Of a stretch of DNA of 35,928 nucleotides, positions 21,272 through 28,970 are shown piece after piece. Numbering within the stretch: position 1 is the first letter of the stretch; the number at the start of each line of letters is the position of its first letter. A model generated the notes under the pieces. The model was not told where the DNA came from. It saw only the letters and a list, made by a program, of their open reading frames with translations, and did no database searches. The stretch lies in IMG/VR virus record IMGVR_UViG_3300045988_115600. One strand, written 5' to 3'. The DNA comes from a virus. The translations under genes were made by a program, and so were the position numbers.

Positions 21272-22924
21272 ATGCCATATAAAAATTATATCTATGAGTA
21301 CTACGCAAAGATAAGCAGCGGCGAGATCATCGTAGGAAAATGGATTAAAAAAATATTTGAAATCATCATAAACGGGCTACAAACGCAGGAGTATTTTTTT
21401 AATGCCAAGGAAGCCAATAAAGCTATAAAATTCATAGAAACATTTTGCCACCATAGCAAGGGACGTAATGATTTAATCACGCTGGAATTATGGCAAAAAG
21501 CTATAGTTTCCACCATTTTTGGCATACAAGATGCAGAAAAAATACGTGTTTTTCGTGAAATTTTTATTGTTATCGGACGAAAAAACGGCAAAAGTTTGTT
21601 TGCATCTGCGCTAATCGCATACATGGCTTATTTAGAGCCGGAGTATGGACAGGAAATATACTGTTTAGCGCCCAAATTAGACCAAGCAGCCCTTGTATAT
21701 GACGGATTCTATCAAATGGTACAGGCAGAGGAAGAGTTGGAAGAGCTGGCGAAAAAACGGCGTAGCGATATCTATATTGCAGAGAGCAATACAGTTATCA
21801 AACCGATTGCATTTAATGCTAAAAAGTCGGACGGTTTCAACCCGCAGCTTGTTGTATGTGATGAAATGGCGGCATGGAGCGGGGACGCTGGATTAAAGCA
21901 GTATGAGGTTATGAAATCTGCTTTAGGCGCACGTAAACAGCCGATGATTTTAAGCATAAGTACAGCCGGATATATCAACGATAGTATCTATGATGAGTTA
22001 ATGAAGCGTAGTACAAGTTTCTTAAAGGGAAACAGCAAAGAACGCAGACTATTACCATTTTTGTACATGATTGATGATGTGGAAAAATGGAACGATATAG
22101 AAGAACTGAAAAAAGCAAACCCGAATATGGGTGTATCAGTAAAAGAGAGTTTCTTTATTGATGAAATTGCAGTAGCAGAGGGCAGTTTAAGTAAAAAGGC
22201 AGAGTTCCTTACAAAGTACTGCAATATCAAACAGAACAGCTCTATTGCATGGCTGGAATATCAGACAGTGGAAAAAGCAGAAGTATTAAAAACACTGGAA
22301 GATTTTAGAGAGTGCTATGCAGTGGGCGGTATAGATTTGAGCCAAACAACAGACTTGACAGCCGCAAGCGTGGTTATAGAGAAAGAGGGCGTATTATACG
22401 CATTTACACAATTCTTTATGCCGAAAAACAGGCTTGAAACCTTGCAGGCAGCAGATGGAGTACCGTATGACATTTTTGTTAAGAAAGGCATTATTACTTT
22501 ATCCGGGGACAATTACGTTAATTACAAAGACGTATTTAGCTGGTATGTATGGTTGCTGGAAACATACGGCATAAGGGTTTTGAAAATCGGATATGACAGG
22601 TACAGCGCACAGTACCTTGTGGACGATTTGAAAAATTACGGATTCCACACAGATGATGTTTACCAAGGCGAAAACCTCACACCTGTAATACGGGAGTTTG
22701 AGGGAATTGTTAAAGACGGCGATTTTAAAATTGTAAACAATAAATTGCTACAGTCGCATTTCTTAAATGTGGCATTAAAGCACAACATGGAAACAAGGAA
22801 GTTCCGCCCGATAAAGATAGAACAGCGGGCGCATATAGATGGTTTTGTATCTGTCATAGACGCAATGACGGTAAGACAGAAATACCACGAAGAGGTAGGG
22901 GAATTACTGAAAAACGCCGCATAG
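21272..22924 (+). CDS. terL: Terminase large subunit.
   Basis: 550 aa. Walker A IGRKNGKS, Walker B LVVCDEM and a C-terminal nuclease region. It follows terS. Confidence 0.9.
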   Translation: MPYKNYIYEYYAKISSGEIIVGKWIKKIFEIIINGLQTQEYFFNAKEANKAIKFIETFCHHSKGRNDLITLELWQKAIVSTIFGIQDAEKIRVFREIFIVIGRKNGKSLFASALIAYMAYLEPEYGQEIYCLAPKLDQAALVYDGFYQMVQAEEELEELAKKRRSDIYIAESNTVIKPIAFNAKKSDGFNPQLVVCDEMAAWSGDAGLKQYEVMKSALGARKQPMILSISTAGYINDSIYDELMKRSTSFLKGNSKERRLLPFLYMIDDVEKWNDIEELKKANPNMGVSVKESFFIDEIAVAEGSLSKKAEFLTKYCNIKQNSSIAWLEYQTVEKAEVLKTLEDFRECYAVGGIDLSQTTDLTAASVVIEKEGVLYAFTQFFMPKNRLETLQAADGVPYDIFVKKGIITLSGDNYVNYKDVFSWYVWLLETYGIRVLKIGYDRYSAQYLVDDLKNYGFHTDDVYQGENLTPVIREFEGIVKDGDFKIVNNKLLQSHFLNVALKHNMETRKFRPIKIEQRAHIDGFVSVIDAMTVRQKYHEEVGELLKNAA

Positions 22925-22941
22925 AAAGGAGAGTAAACGGC

Positions 22942-24201
22942 ATGAGATTTTTAGATTATCTTTTTCATGGCAAAGAATTAAAAGCCATAGGAAATTATTT
23001 TAAAATGCTGAACGGCTACAGTCCGACATTTACCAGCTTTAGCGGCGGTGTATATGAAATGGATTTGACAAGGACAGCGGTAAACAATTTTGCCACTCAT
23101 TGCAGCAAATTAAAGCCGGAGATTGAGGGCAGTGCCCTTAAAACATTGGAAAAGACATTACAGCATAAGCCAAATTATTTTATGGACACAACAAAATTTA
23201 TTAAGCGTCTGGCAACGTATGTGGCTGTAGAGCATACAGCGTTCATTATTCCGATAGAGGACGAATACGGGCGTTTATGCGGCTGGTATCCATTGCGTGC
23301 CGAACGCTGCGAGGTAATAGAGTGCGAGGGGCAGTTATATTTGCGATACCTGTTTGCAAATGGCAGCTATGGGGCTATTGAGTTTGAGCGTGTGGGGATT
23401 ATGACAGATTTTGAATATAAAGACGATCTGTTTGGAGAGGATAACAGCACGCTTGCACCCACAATGCAGTTGATACATACGCAAAACGAGGGAATCATAA
23501 ACGCAGTAAAAAACTCTGCAAACATCCGATTTTTAGCAAAAGTTGCAAACATGCTGAAACCAGAGGATATAAAGAAAGAGCGCAAGCGTTTTACAGAGGA
23601 CAATTTAAGCGCAGACAATGATAGCGGAATGATTATTTATGATAATAAATTTTCCGACTTGAAGCAGGTAGAGAGTAAACCGTATACACCTAACGCATTG
23701 CAGATGCAGCACATACAGGAAAATGTTTGTACACATTTTGGTACGAACATGGATATTTTGCAGAACAAATTTGACGAGAATACATGGAACGCCTATTACG
23801 AGGGGAAAATAGAGCCTTTTGCAATTCAATTATCTTTAGTGATGACAAACATGAGCTTTACAGAAAGAGAGCGGGCGTGTGGAAATGCTATTTTCTTTTC
23901 TGCAAACCGTTTGCAATATGCCAGCAATGCTACAAAGTTGAGCGTAAGCACGCAGCTATTTGACAGGGCATTACTAAACAGAAATGGCGTAATGGATATA
24001 TGGAATATGGCGCATGTTGAGGACGGAGAAAAATATTATATCCGCAAAGAGTATACAGAGGTAAGCGAACTGCAAAAAGGCAATGAGCCACAAGTAGTTA
24101 TACAGCAAGTCCCACAGGCAGGGGAACAGAACCTACAACCAGAAACGGGAGAAACACAAGACGGACAAACAGAGAAAGAGGGTGTTAATAATGCCAGTTA
24201 A
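22942..24201 (+). CDS. Portal protein (HK97 family-like).
   Basis: 419 aa with an AAAGGAG RBS. Its position after terL and before the prohead protease, and its size and sequence, fit HK97-type portals. Confidence 0.8.
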   Translation: MRFLDYLFHGKELKAIGNYFKMLNGYSPTFTSFSGGVYEMDLTRTAVNNFATHCSKLKPEIEGSALKTLEKTLQHKPNYFMDTTKFIKRLATYVAVEHTAFIIPIEDEYGRLCGWYPLRAERCEVIECEGQLYLRYLFANGSYGAIEFERVGIMTDFEYKDDLFGEDNSTLAPTMQLIHTQNEGIINAVKNSANIRFLAKVANMLKPEDIKKERKRFTEDNLSADNDSGMIIYDNKFSDLKQVESKPYTPNALQMQHIQENVCTHFGTNMDILQNKFDENTWNAYYEGKIEPFAIQLSLVMTNMSFTERERACGNAIFFSANRLQYASNATKLSVSTQLFDRALLNRNGVMDIWNMAHVEDGEKYYIRKEYTEVSELQKGNEPQVVIQQVPQAGEQNLQPETGETQDGQTEKEGVNNAS

Positions 24202-24790
24202 AAAAGAACGGGAATACAGAACGCTGGTAACACCACTCACTGCCCAAGTTGCGAGCGATAAGCGCATAAATACAGAATGTTATGTAGAGGGATACGCCAC
24301 TACATTTAACGTACCGTATCTTTTATATGAATTTGAGGACGGTACAAAGATTTACGAAAGAATTGACGCACACGCACTGGATAATGCAGATATGAGTGAC
24401 GTTATAATGCAGTACGACCATACAGGCAGGGTATTTGCCAGACAGTCCAACAAAACATTGATTTTAGAGCCAGATGCGAAAGGCTTATTTGTGGCAGCAG
24501 ATTTAAGTAAAACAGATTTGGCAAGGGGATTGTATCAGGACATTGACGCAGGCATGATAACAAAAATGTCATGGGCGTTTACCGTAGCAGAGGAAAGCTA
24601 CGACAGGGAAACACACACAAGAACGATTCTAAAAATCAAAAAAGTTTATGATGTATCAGCCGTAAGTATTCCGGCAAATAACGATACTGAAATAAGTGCC
24701 CGTAATTTTGCAAATAGGAGTTATGAGCAGGAAAAGCAGGAGTTGCTTAAAAGGCGGGCTATGATACTAAAGATTAAGGCGAGCTTATAA
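24191..24790 (+). CDS. Prohead maturation protease (HK97 family-like).
   Basis: ORF 24182..24790. ATG 24191 (MPVKKEREYR) is the likely start. VEGYATTFN...QYDHTGRVFAR...MSWAFTV matches the S78/U35 prohead protease pattern. It lies between the portal and capsid genes. Confidence 0.8.
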   Translation: MPVKKEREYRTLVTPLTAQVASDKRINTECYVEGYATTFNVPYLLYEFEDGTKIYERIDAHALDNADMSDVIMQYDHTGRVFARQSNKTLILEPDAKGLFVAADLSKTDLARGLYQDIDAGMITKMSWAFTVAEESYDRETHTRTILKIKKVYDVSAVSIPANNDTEISARNFANRSYEQEKQELLKRRAMILKIKASL

Positions 24791-24820
24791 AAGCGAAAAT
24801 GAAAAGGAGAAAAACAGAGC

Positions 24821-26059
24821 ATGAGATTAAAAGAAATTGAGGCAAGATTAGCAGAAATCAGAGAAGAGCTGAACACCAGAGCGGCAGAGCTTACAGACGA
24901 AGAAATGACAGCACTTGAAGCAGAGGTAACAGCATTACAGGAAGAAAGAACCTCTTTGCAGGCGGCAGCAGAAAAACGCAAAAATTTACTTGCAAGAATT
25001 GCTGCGGGAGAGCCTACAGGCGGAGCAGGCACAGAACCTACGACATTCAGAAACTTTGCAGGAGCAGGCGGAACGGGTGCAGCAGCAACAGAGCCAGAGG
25101 ATAAGTACGACACTGTAGCATACAGAAAAGCATTTATGAATTATGTGTGCAGGGGCGTGGTTATTCCGCAGGAGTATAGAGCAGCAGAAAATACTACGAC
25201 AGCAGACAGCGGCGCAGTAATTCCAACCTCTATTATGAATGAGATTATTACAAAGCTGGAAAGCTACGGCAGCATTTACGCAAAAGTACGCAAGATTAAC
25301 GTACAGGGCGGTGTATCCATTCCGATTGCAGATTTAAAACCTACGGCACACTGGATTGCAGAGGAAAAGAGCAGCGATGACCAGAAAGCATCTGCAAAAA
25401 CTTCTGTAACATTCAACTATTACGGCTTAGAGTGCAAAATTTCACAGAGCATTTTAGCCAATGTTGTTACTCTGAAAATGTTTACTGATCTGTTTGTACC
25501 TATGGCAACAGAGGCAATGGTAAAGGCTATTGAGATTGCAATTTTCAATGGTACAGGAGAGGGGCAGCCGCTGGGTGTCACAAAGGACAGCCGGGTAACA
25601 ACGGTTGTTACGCTGACACAGGAAGAGTATGAGAGCTGGAACGGCTGGCACAAAGTAAAAGGGAAAATGAAAAAGGCGTACAGAAACGGCAGTTTTGTTA
25701 TGAATCAGTCCACGTTTGATACAGGCATTGACGGCATGGAAGATAAGAACGGGCAGCCGATCGGACGTACAAATTATGGAGTGAACGGAGAGGAAACATA
25801 CCGTTTCATGGGCAAGAACGTGGAAACCGTAGAGGACGATGTATTACCGAGCTGGGACGATGCAAACGAGGGCGATGTAATTGCGGTATTTATGAGTTTC
25901 TCTGATTACGTTATCAATACCAACATGGAAATGCAGGTAGTGAAGTGGACAGACCACGATAACAACAAAATCAAAAACAAGTGCTTAATGGTTGTGGACG
26001 GCAAGGTAGCCGATGCAAACGGCATTATCTTAGTGAAAAAGGGCGTTAGGCAGGTATAA
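24821..26059 (+). CDS. Major capsid protein (HK97 fold) with an N-terminal coiled-coil delta domain.
   Basis: 412 aa. The N-terminus MRLKEIEARLAEIREELN...LQEERTSLQ is a delta-domain-like coiled coil. It follows the protease. Confidence 0.85.
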   Translation: MRLKEIEARLAEIREELNTRAAELTDEEMTALEAEVTALQEERTSLQAAAEKRKNLLARIAAGEPTGGAGTEPTTFRNFAGAGGTGAAATEPEDKYDTVAYRKAFMNYVCRGVVIPQEYRAAENTTTADSGAVIPTSIMNEIITKLESYGSIYAKVRKINVQGGVSIPIADLKPTAHWIAEEKSSDDQKASAKTSVTFNYYGLECKISQSILANVVTLKMFTDLFVPMATEAMVKAIEIAIFNGTGEGQPLGVTKDSRVTTVVTLTQEEYESWNGWHKVKGKMKKAYRNGSFVMNQSTFDTGIDGMEDKNGQPIGRTNYGVNGEETYRFMGKNVETVEDDVLPSWDDANEGDVIAVFMSFSDYVINTNMEMQVVKWTDHDNNKIKNKCLMVVDGKVADANGIILVKKGVRQV

Positions 26060-26076
26060 GGAAAGAGAGGCACAAT

Positions 26077-26463
26077 ATGGCACATTTTGATGTAAAAGAG
26101 CTTGAAAAGCGGAAAAAGGAAGATTTACAGAAACTTGCAAATGAGCTGGGGTTGAGTGACAGCGGAACGAAAGAAGAGCTTGCAAAGAGAATTGCGGCAG
26201 TAGATGCAGAAGAGCCGGAAGAGGGAGAAACGCAGCAGGGAGAGCCGCAGCAGCCGGAAGTACCGGGAGAAGCAGAACAGGAAACGCCAAAGCCGGAAGT
26301 GTCCGAAACGGACACAGAAAAAGACGGTGTGAGAGTAACGGTTATTGAAACCTACAAAGATAAACAGGCGCAGCAGACATTTAGACCGGGCAAAGAATTT
26401 GTTGTAACAGCAGAACGTGCAGAGGTTTTAGTGGCAGCAGGAGTGGCGAAAATCACAAAGTAG
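26077..26463 (+). CDS. SAP/HeH-motif protein (head-associated, function unknown).
   Basis: 128 aa. KKEDLQKLANELGLSDSGTKEELAKRI is a SAP/Rho-N-like helix-extended-helix motif, followed by a Glu/Pro-rich linker. Confidence 0.5.
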   Translation: MAHFDVKELEKRKKEDLQKLANELGLSDSGTKEELAKRIAAVDAEEPEEGETQQGEPQQPEVPGEAEQETPKPEVSETDTEKDGVRVTVIETYKDKQAQQTFRPGKEFVVTAERAEVLVAAGVAKITK

Positions 26464-26473
26464 AGGCGGTTTT

Positions 26474-26761
26474 ATGGAAACAATATTAACAGATACCATA
26501 AAAAGCAGCATGAGGATTTTAAGCAAATCCGCAGTGATTGAACAGGACATAAACAACAGTATTGCAGCCTGCAAGTTGGATTTACAGCTTGCAGGCGTGG
26601 TAAATATCAATGAAAACGATGCGCTTATTATTAGAGCCGTTACGTTGTTTGTAAAAGCAGAGTTTAATTACCAAAATGCAGCAGACAGATACAGGCAGAG
26701 TTATGAGGCGTTGAAAATGTCACTGTGTCTTGCCGGAGATTACAACACAAAAGAGGGATAA
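26474..26761 (+). CDS. Head-tail connector protein (gp6-like).
   Basis: 95 aa. Its position after the capsid gene and its pattern (DINNSIAACKLDLQLAGV...RAVTLFVKAEFNY...YRQSYEALK) are typical of gp6-like connectors. Confidence 0.65.
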   Translation: METILTDTIKSSMRILSKSAVIEQDINNSIAACKLDLQLAGVVNINENDALIIRAVTLFVKAEFNYQNAADRYRQSYEALKMSLCLAGDYNTKEG

Positions 26762-26762
26762 G

Positions 26763-27041
26763 ATGCAGGAAGAAATTACGTTATGCGAGCAGATCAATGA
26801 CAGCGAGGTAGAGAAAACTATTATTTTCTGTGACGTTGAGAGCATTACGCAAAGCGAGTTTGAGGCAGTGGGGCAAAAGGACATAAAGCCGCAATACAAG
26901 TTTGTGGTATGGAGTTTTGAGTACAGCAATCAAACAGAAATTGAGTACAACGGGCAGAGGCTGACGGTATACCGAACATACAAACGGAAGAACGAAGAAA
27001 AGACAGAATTGTATGCAGAAAAGCGGGTGGGCAGACGTTGA
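26763..27041 (+). CDS. Head-tail adaptor / head closure protein.
   Basis: ORF 26730..27041. ATG 26763 follows AGAGGGA, 1 nt after the upstream stop. The size (92 aa) and the KFVVWSFEY...NGQRLTVYRTY pattern fit adaptor proteins. Confidence 0.6.
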   Translation: MQEEITLCEQINDSEVEKTIIFCDVESITQSEFEAVGQKDIKPQYKFVVWSFEYSNQTEIEYNGQRLTVYRTYKRKNEEKTELYAEKRVGRR

Positions 27042-27418
27042 GTAAAGAAGTAGATATAAAAGACCTTGCAACAGAGATTGCAGCCGGGCTTACGGAATAC
27101 GACCAGAACGTAGCGGACGAAATAAAAACGATAGTTGATGATGTGGCACAAGAGGGTGTGGACGAACTGAAACAGAGCAGCCCAAAGCTGACAGGCAGTT
27201 ATAGAAGAGGTTGGAGAAAAAAACAGACCTATGCAGATACCCGCACCAAAAGGAATACAGTGTTTAATAAAACAGATTATCAACTTACGCACTTACTGGA
27301 ATACGGACACGCAAGTAGAAACGGCGGGCGTGTAAATCCGAGGGTACATATTAAGCCTGTAGAGGAAAAAATGGTAACAGAATTGCAGGAACGTATAGAA
27401 AAGGTGGTGCAGCAGTGA
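27038..27418 (+). CDS. HK97 gp10-family tail component.
   Basis: 126 aa. The TTG start overlaps the upstream stop. KLTGSYRRGWRKK...THLLEYGH is the gp10-family signature. Confidence 0.7.
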   Translation: MSKEVDIKDLATEIAAGLTEYDQNVADEIKTIVDDVAQEGVDELKQSSPKLTGSYRRGWRKKQTYADTRTKRNTVFNKTDYQLTHLLEYGHASRNGGRVNPRVHIKPVEEKMVTELQERIEKVVQQ

Positions 27419-27765
27419 GGTTAGAAATAATAATTGACAGGGCAAAAGCAACGGGGCTGCCACTTGCAAAAGATGCGTTCCGGGAAACGAAAGAAAACCC
27501 GTTACCAGTGCCGCCATATCTTGTGTATATCGTACCACAGGTAGTTGGGCGTGGAAGTGATGAAAGAATTTTGTTACATGAGATACACGCAGCACTGGAA
27601 CTGTACACAGACAAAGTGGCAGACGGCAGTTTAGAGAAAGAAATTGAAGAGAAAGTGTTATTTGATGTGGATTACACAAAGTACCAAGATACGATTGAAA
27701 GTGAGGATATGGTACAGACCGCATACGAATTTACAATTTACGAGAAAGTGAGAAAGAAAGGATAA
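27415..27765 (+). CDS. Tail completion/terminator-position protein (hypothetical).
   Basis: 116 aa. The GTG start overlaps the upstream stop (GTGA) after AAGGTGG. It lies just before the major tail protein. Confidence 0.5.
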   Translation: MRLEIIIDRAKATGLPLAKDAFRETKENPLPVPPYLVYIVPQVVGRGSDERILLHEIHAALELYTDKVADGSLEKEIEEKVLFDVDYTKYQDTIESEDMVQTAYEFTIYEKVRKKG

Positions 27766-27769
27766 GGAT

Positions 27770-28309
27770 ATGGATAGCGAAAGAATTATTTTGGGCAGTG
27801 GAAAGCTGTATTGCATGGTTTTTACTGGGGAAATCCCGGAAGATACAGCGATTGAAACAGATGCAAACCAGCTTGCACATATCAAGGGCGGCGCATCGTT
27901 GGAGTATACCGCAGAAACATATACGGCAAAGGACGATTTGGGCGTTGTACAGAAAACGGTTTTAACCAGTGAAGATGTGACATTAAAGGCAGGGTTGCTT
28001 ACATGGTGCGCAAAGACACTTGAAAAATTGTGTGCAACAGCGAGAGTAACCGAAACAGCCAAAAAGAGAACTGTAAAAATCGGTGGAATCAAAAACCAGA
28101 ACAATAAAAAATACCTCATTAGATTCTTACACGAAGATAGTGAGGACGGCAATATCAGAGTAACGATTGTGGGAAGAAATGAGGCAGGCTTTAGCTTTAC
28201 ATTTGCCAAAGATGCAGAAAGCACAATCGAGCCGCAGTTTAAGGCGCACCCGTTGGATAAAGACGGCACATTATTGATTTTTGACGAGGATATCGTTACA
28301 GAAGTGTAA
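27770..28309 (+). CDS. Major tail protein.
   Basis: 179 aa with an AAAGGA RBS. Its position directly upstream of the chaperone/tape-measure pair is typical of siphovirus tube proteins, as are its size and beta-rich sequence. Confidence 0.7.
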   Translation: MDSERIILGSGKLYCMVFTGEIPEDTAIETDANQLAHIKGGASLEYTAETYTAKDDLGVVQKTVLTSEDVTLKAGLLTWCAKTLEKLCATARVTETAKKRTVKIGGIKNQNNKKYLIRFLHEDSEDGNIRVTIVGRNEAGFSFTFAKDAESTIEPQFKAHPLDKDGTLLIFDEDIVTEV

Positions 28310-28358
28310 AGAAAAAGCTGCGGGGCACTTCCCGCAGCTAAAAAAAGGAGAGTAAAGC

Positions 28359-28691
28359 ATGGCGAACAAAAGCTTTAATTTTGGAAAAATGAAACGCAGT
28401 TTTTATACAACGACACTGAAAGACGGCAAAGTAGTAATTGTAAACATGCCAAAGAAAAGCACATTTGAAAAGATGCAGGAAATCAGTGATCTGGACGAAG
28501 AGGAAGTGGACGGCAAAGAAGTATATAAAACAATGTTGTCACTTATGGCTGAAATCTTATCTAACAATAAAAACGGGGAGCGGATTACAGCAGAGTATTT
28601 GGAAAGCGAAGAGTACGACATTGAGGAAATCGTGGCATACATTAACGATTATGGCGATTTTGTCAATTCGATTAAGAATAACCCAAATTAA
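28359..28691 (+). CDS. Tail assembly chaperone (G-like, zero-frame product).
   Basis: 110 aa, acidic, with an AAAAAGGAG RBS. It lies immediately upstream of the tape measure gene and ends at a slippery heptamer. Confidence 0.75.
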   Translation: MANKSFNFGKMKRSFYTTTLKDGKVVIVNMPKKSTFEKMQEISDLDEEEVDGKEVYKTMLSLMAEILSNNKNGERITAEYLESEEYDIEEIVAYINDYGDFVNSIKNNPN

Positions 28692-28969
28692 AAATGCCGT
28701 ATTATCCGGGCGGCGGCAGCGGGGACGAGGTGCATTATAGATTAAATACAAAAGGGGAAAAGCTGGTAATTGACTATCTGAACATCACAATATTTGATGT
28801 GCAGGAAATGCCAATAGATTTGTATTTATATTTTATGCGAGAGGCAAATATACATAAGCTCATGCAGACGAAAGAGGGCAGAGAGTACTTAGATAATTGC
28901 TGGAGAATGGAACAGACAAAGCCGGATAGGAAGAAACTGCGGGAAAAGATGCGGAAAGGAGAGCGGTAG
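28359..28969 (+). CDS. Tail assembly chaperone -1 frameshift fusion (GT-like). The downstream part equals ORF 28694..28969.
   Basis: The downstream 91-aa ORF is in the -1 frame relative to 28359..28691. It has no RBS of its own and ends 1 nt before the tape measure start. Confidence 0.6.
28682..28688 (+). other. Programmed -1 ribosomal frameshift site, C CCA AAT.
   Basis: X XXY YYZ heptamer in the correct register (zero-frame codons CCA 28683..28685 and AAT 28686..28688), one codon before the TAA stop. The -1 frame then reads CCC AAA TTA AAA ATG CCG... and stays open to 28969. Confidence 0.65.
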
Positions 28970-28970
28970 C

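Noticed and set aside
28316-28339. Hairpin AGCTGCGGG / CCCGCAGCT after the major tail gene, considered as a terminator.
   Set aside because: It is followed by an A-run rather than a U-tract on the + strand. At most it is a partial attenuator or RNA-stability element, so it is not called as a terminator.
28465-28740. 91-aa + strand ORF overlapping the chaperone gene, considered as the frameshift partner.
   Set aside because: It is in the +1 frame, not the -1 frame, and is not connected to a slippery site. The -1 frame partner is 28694..28969.
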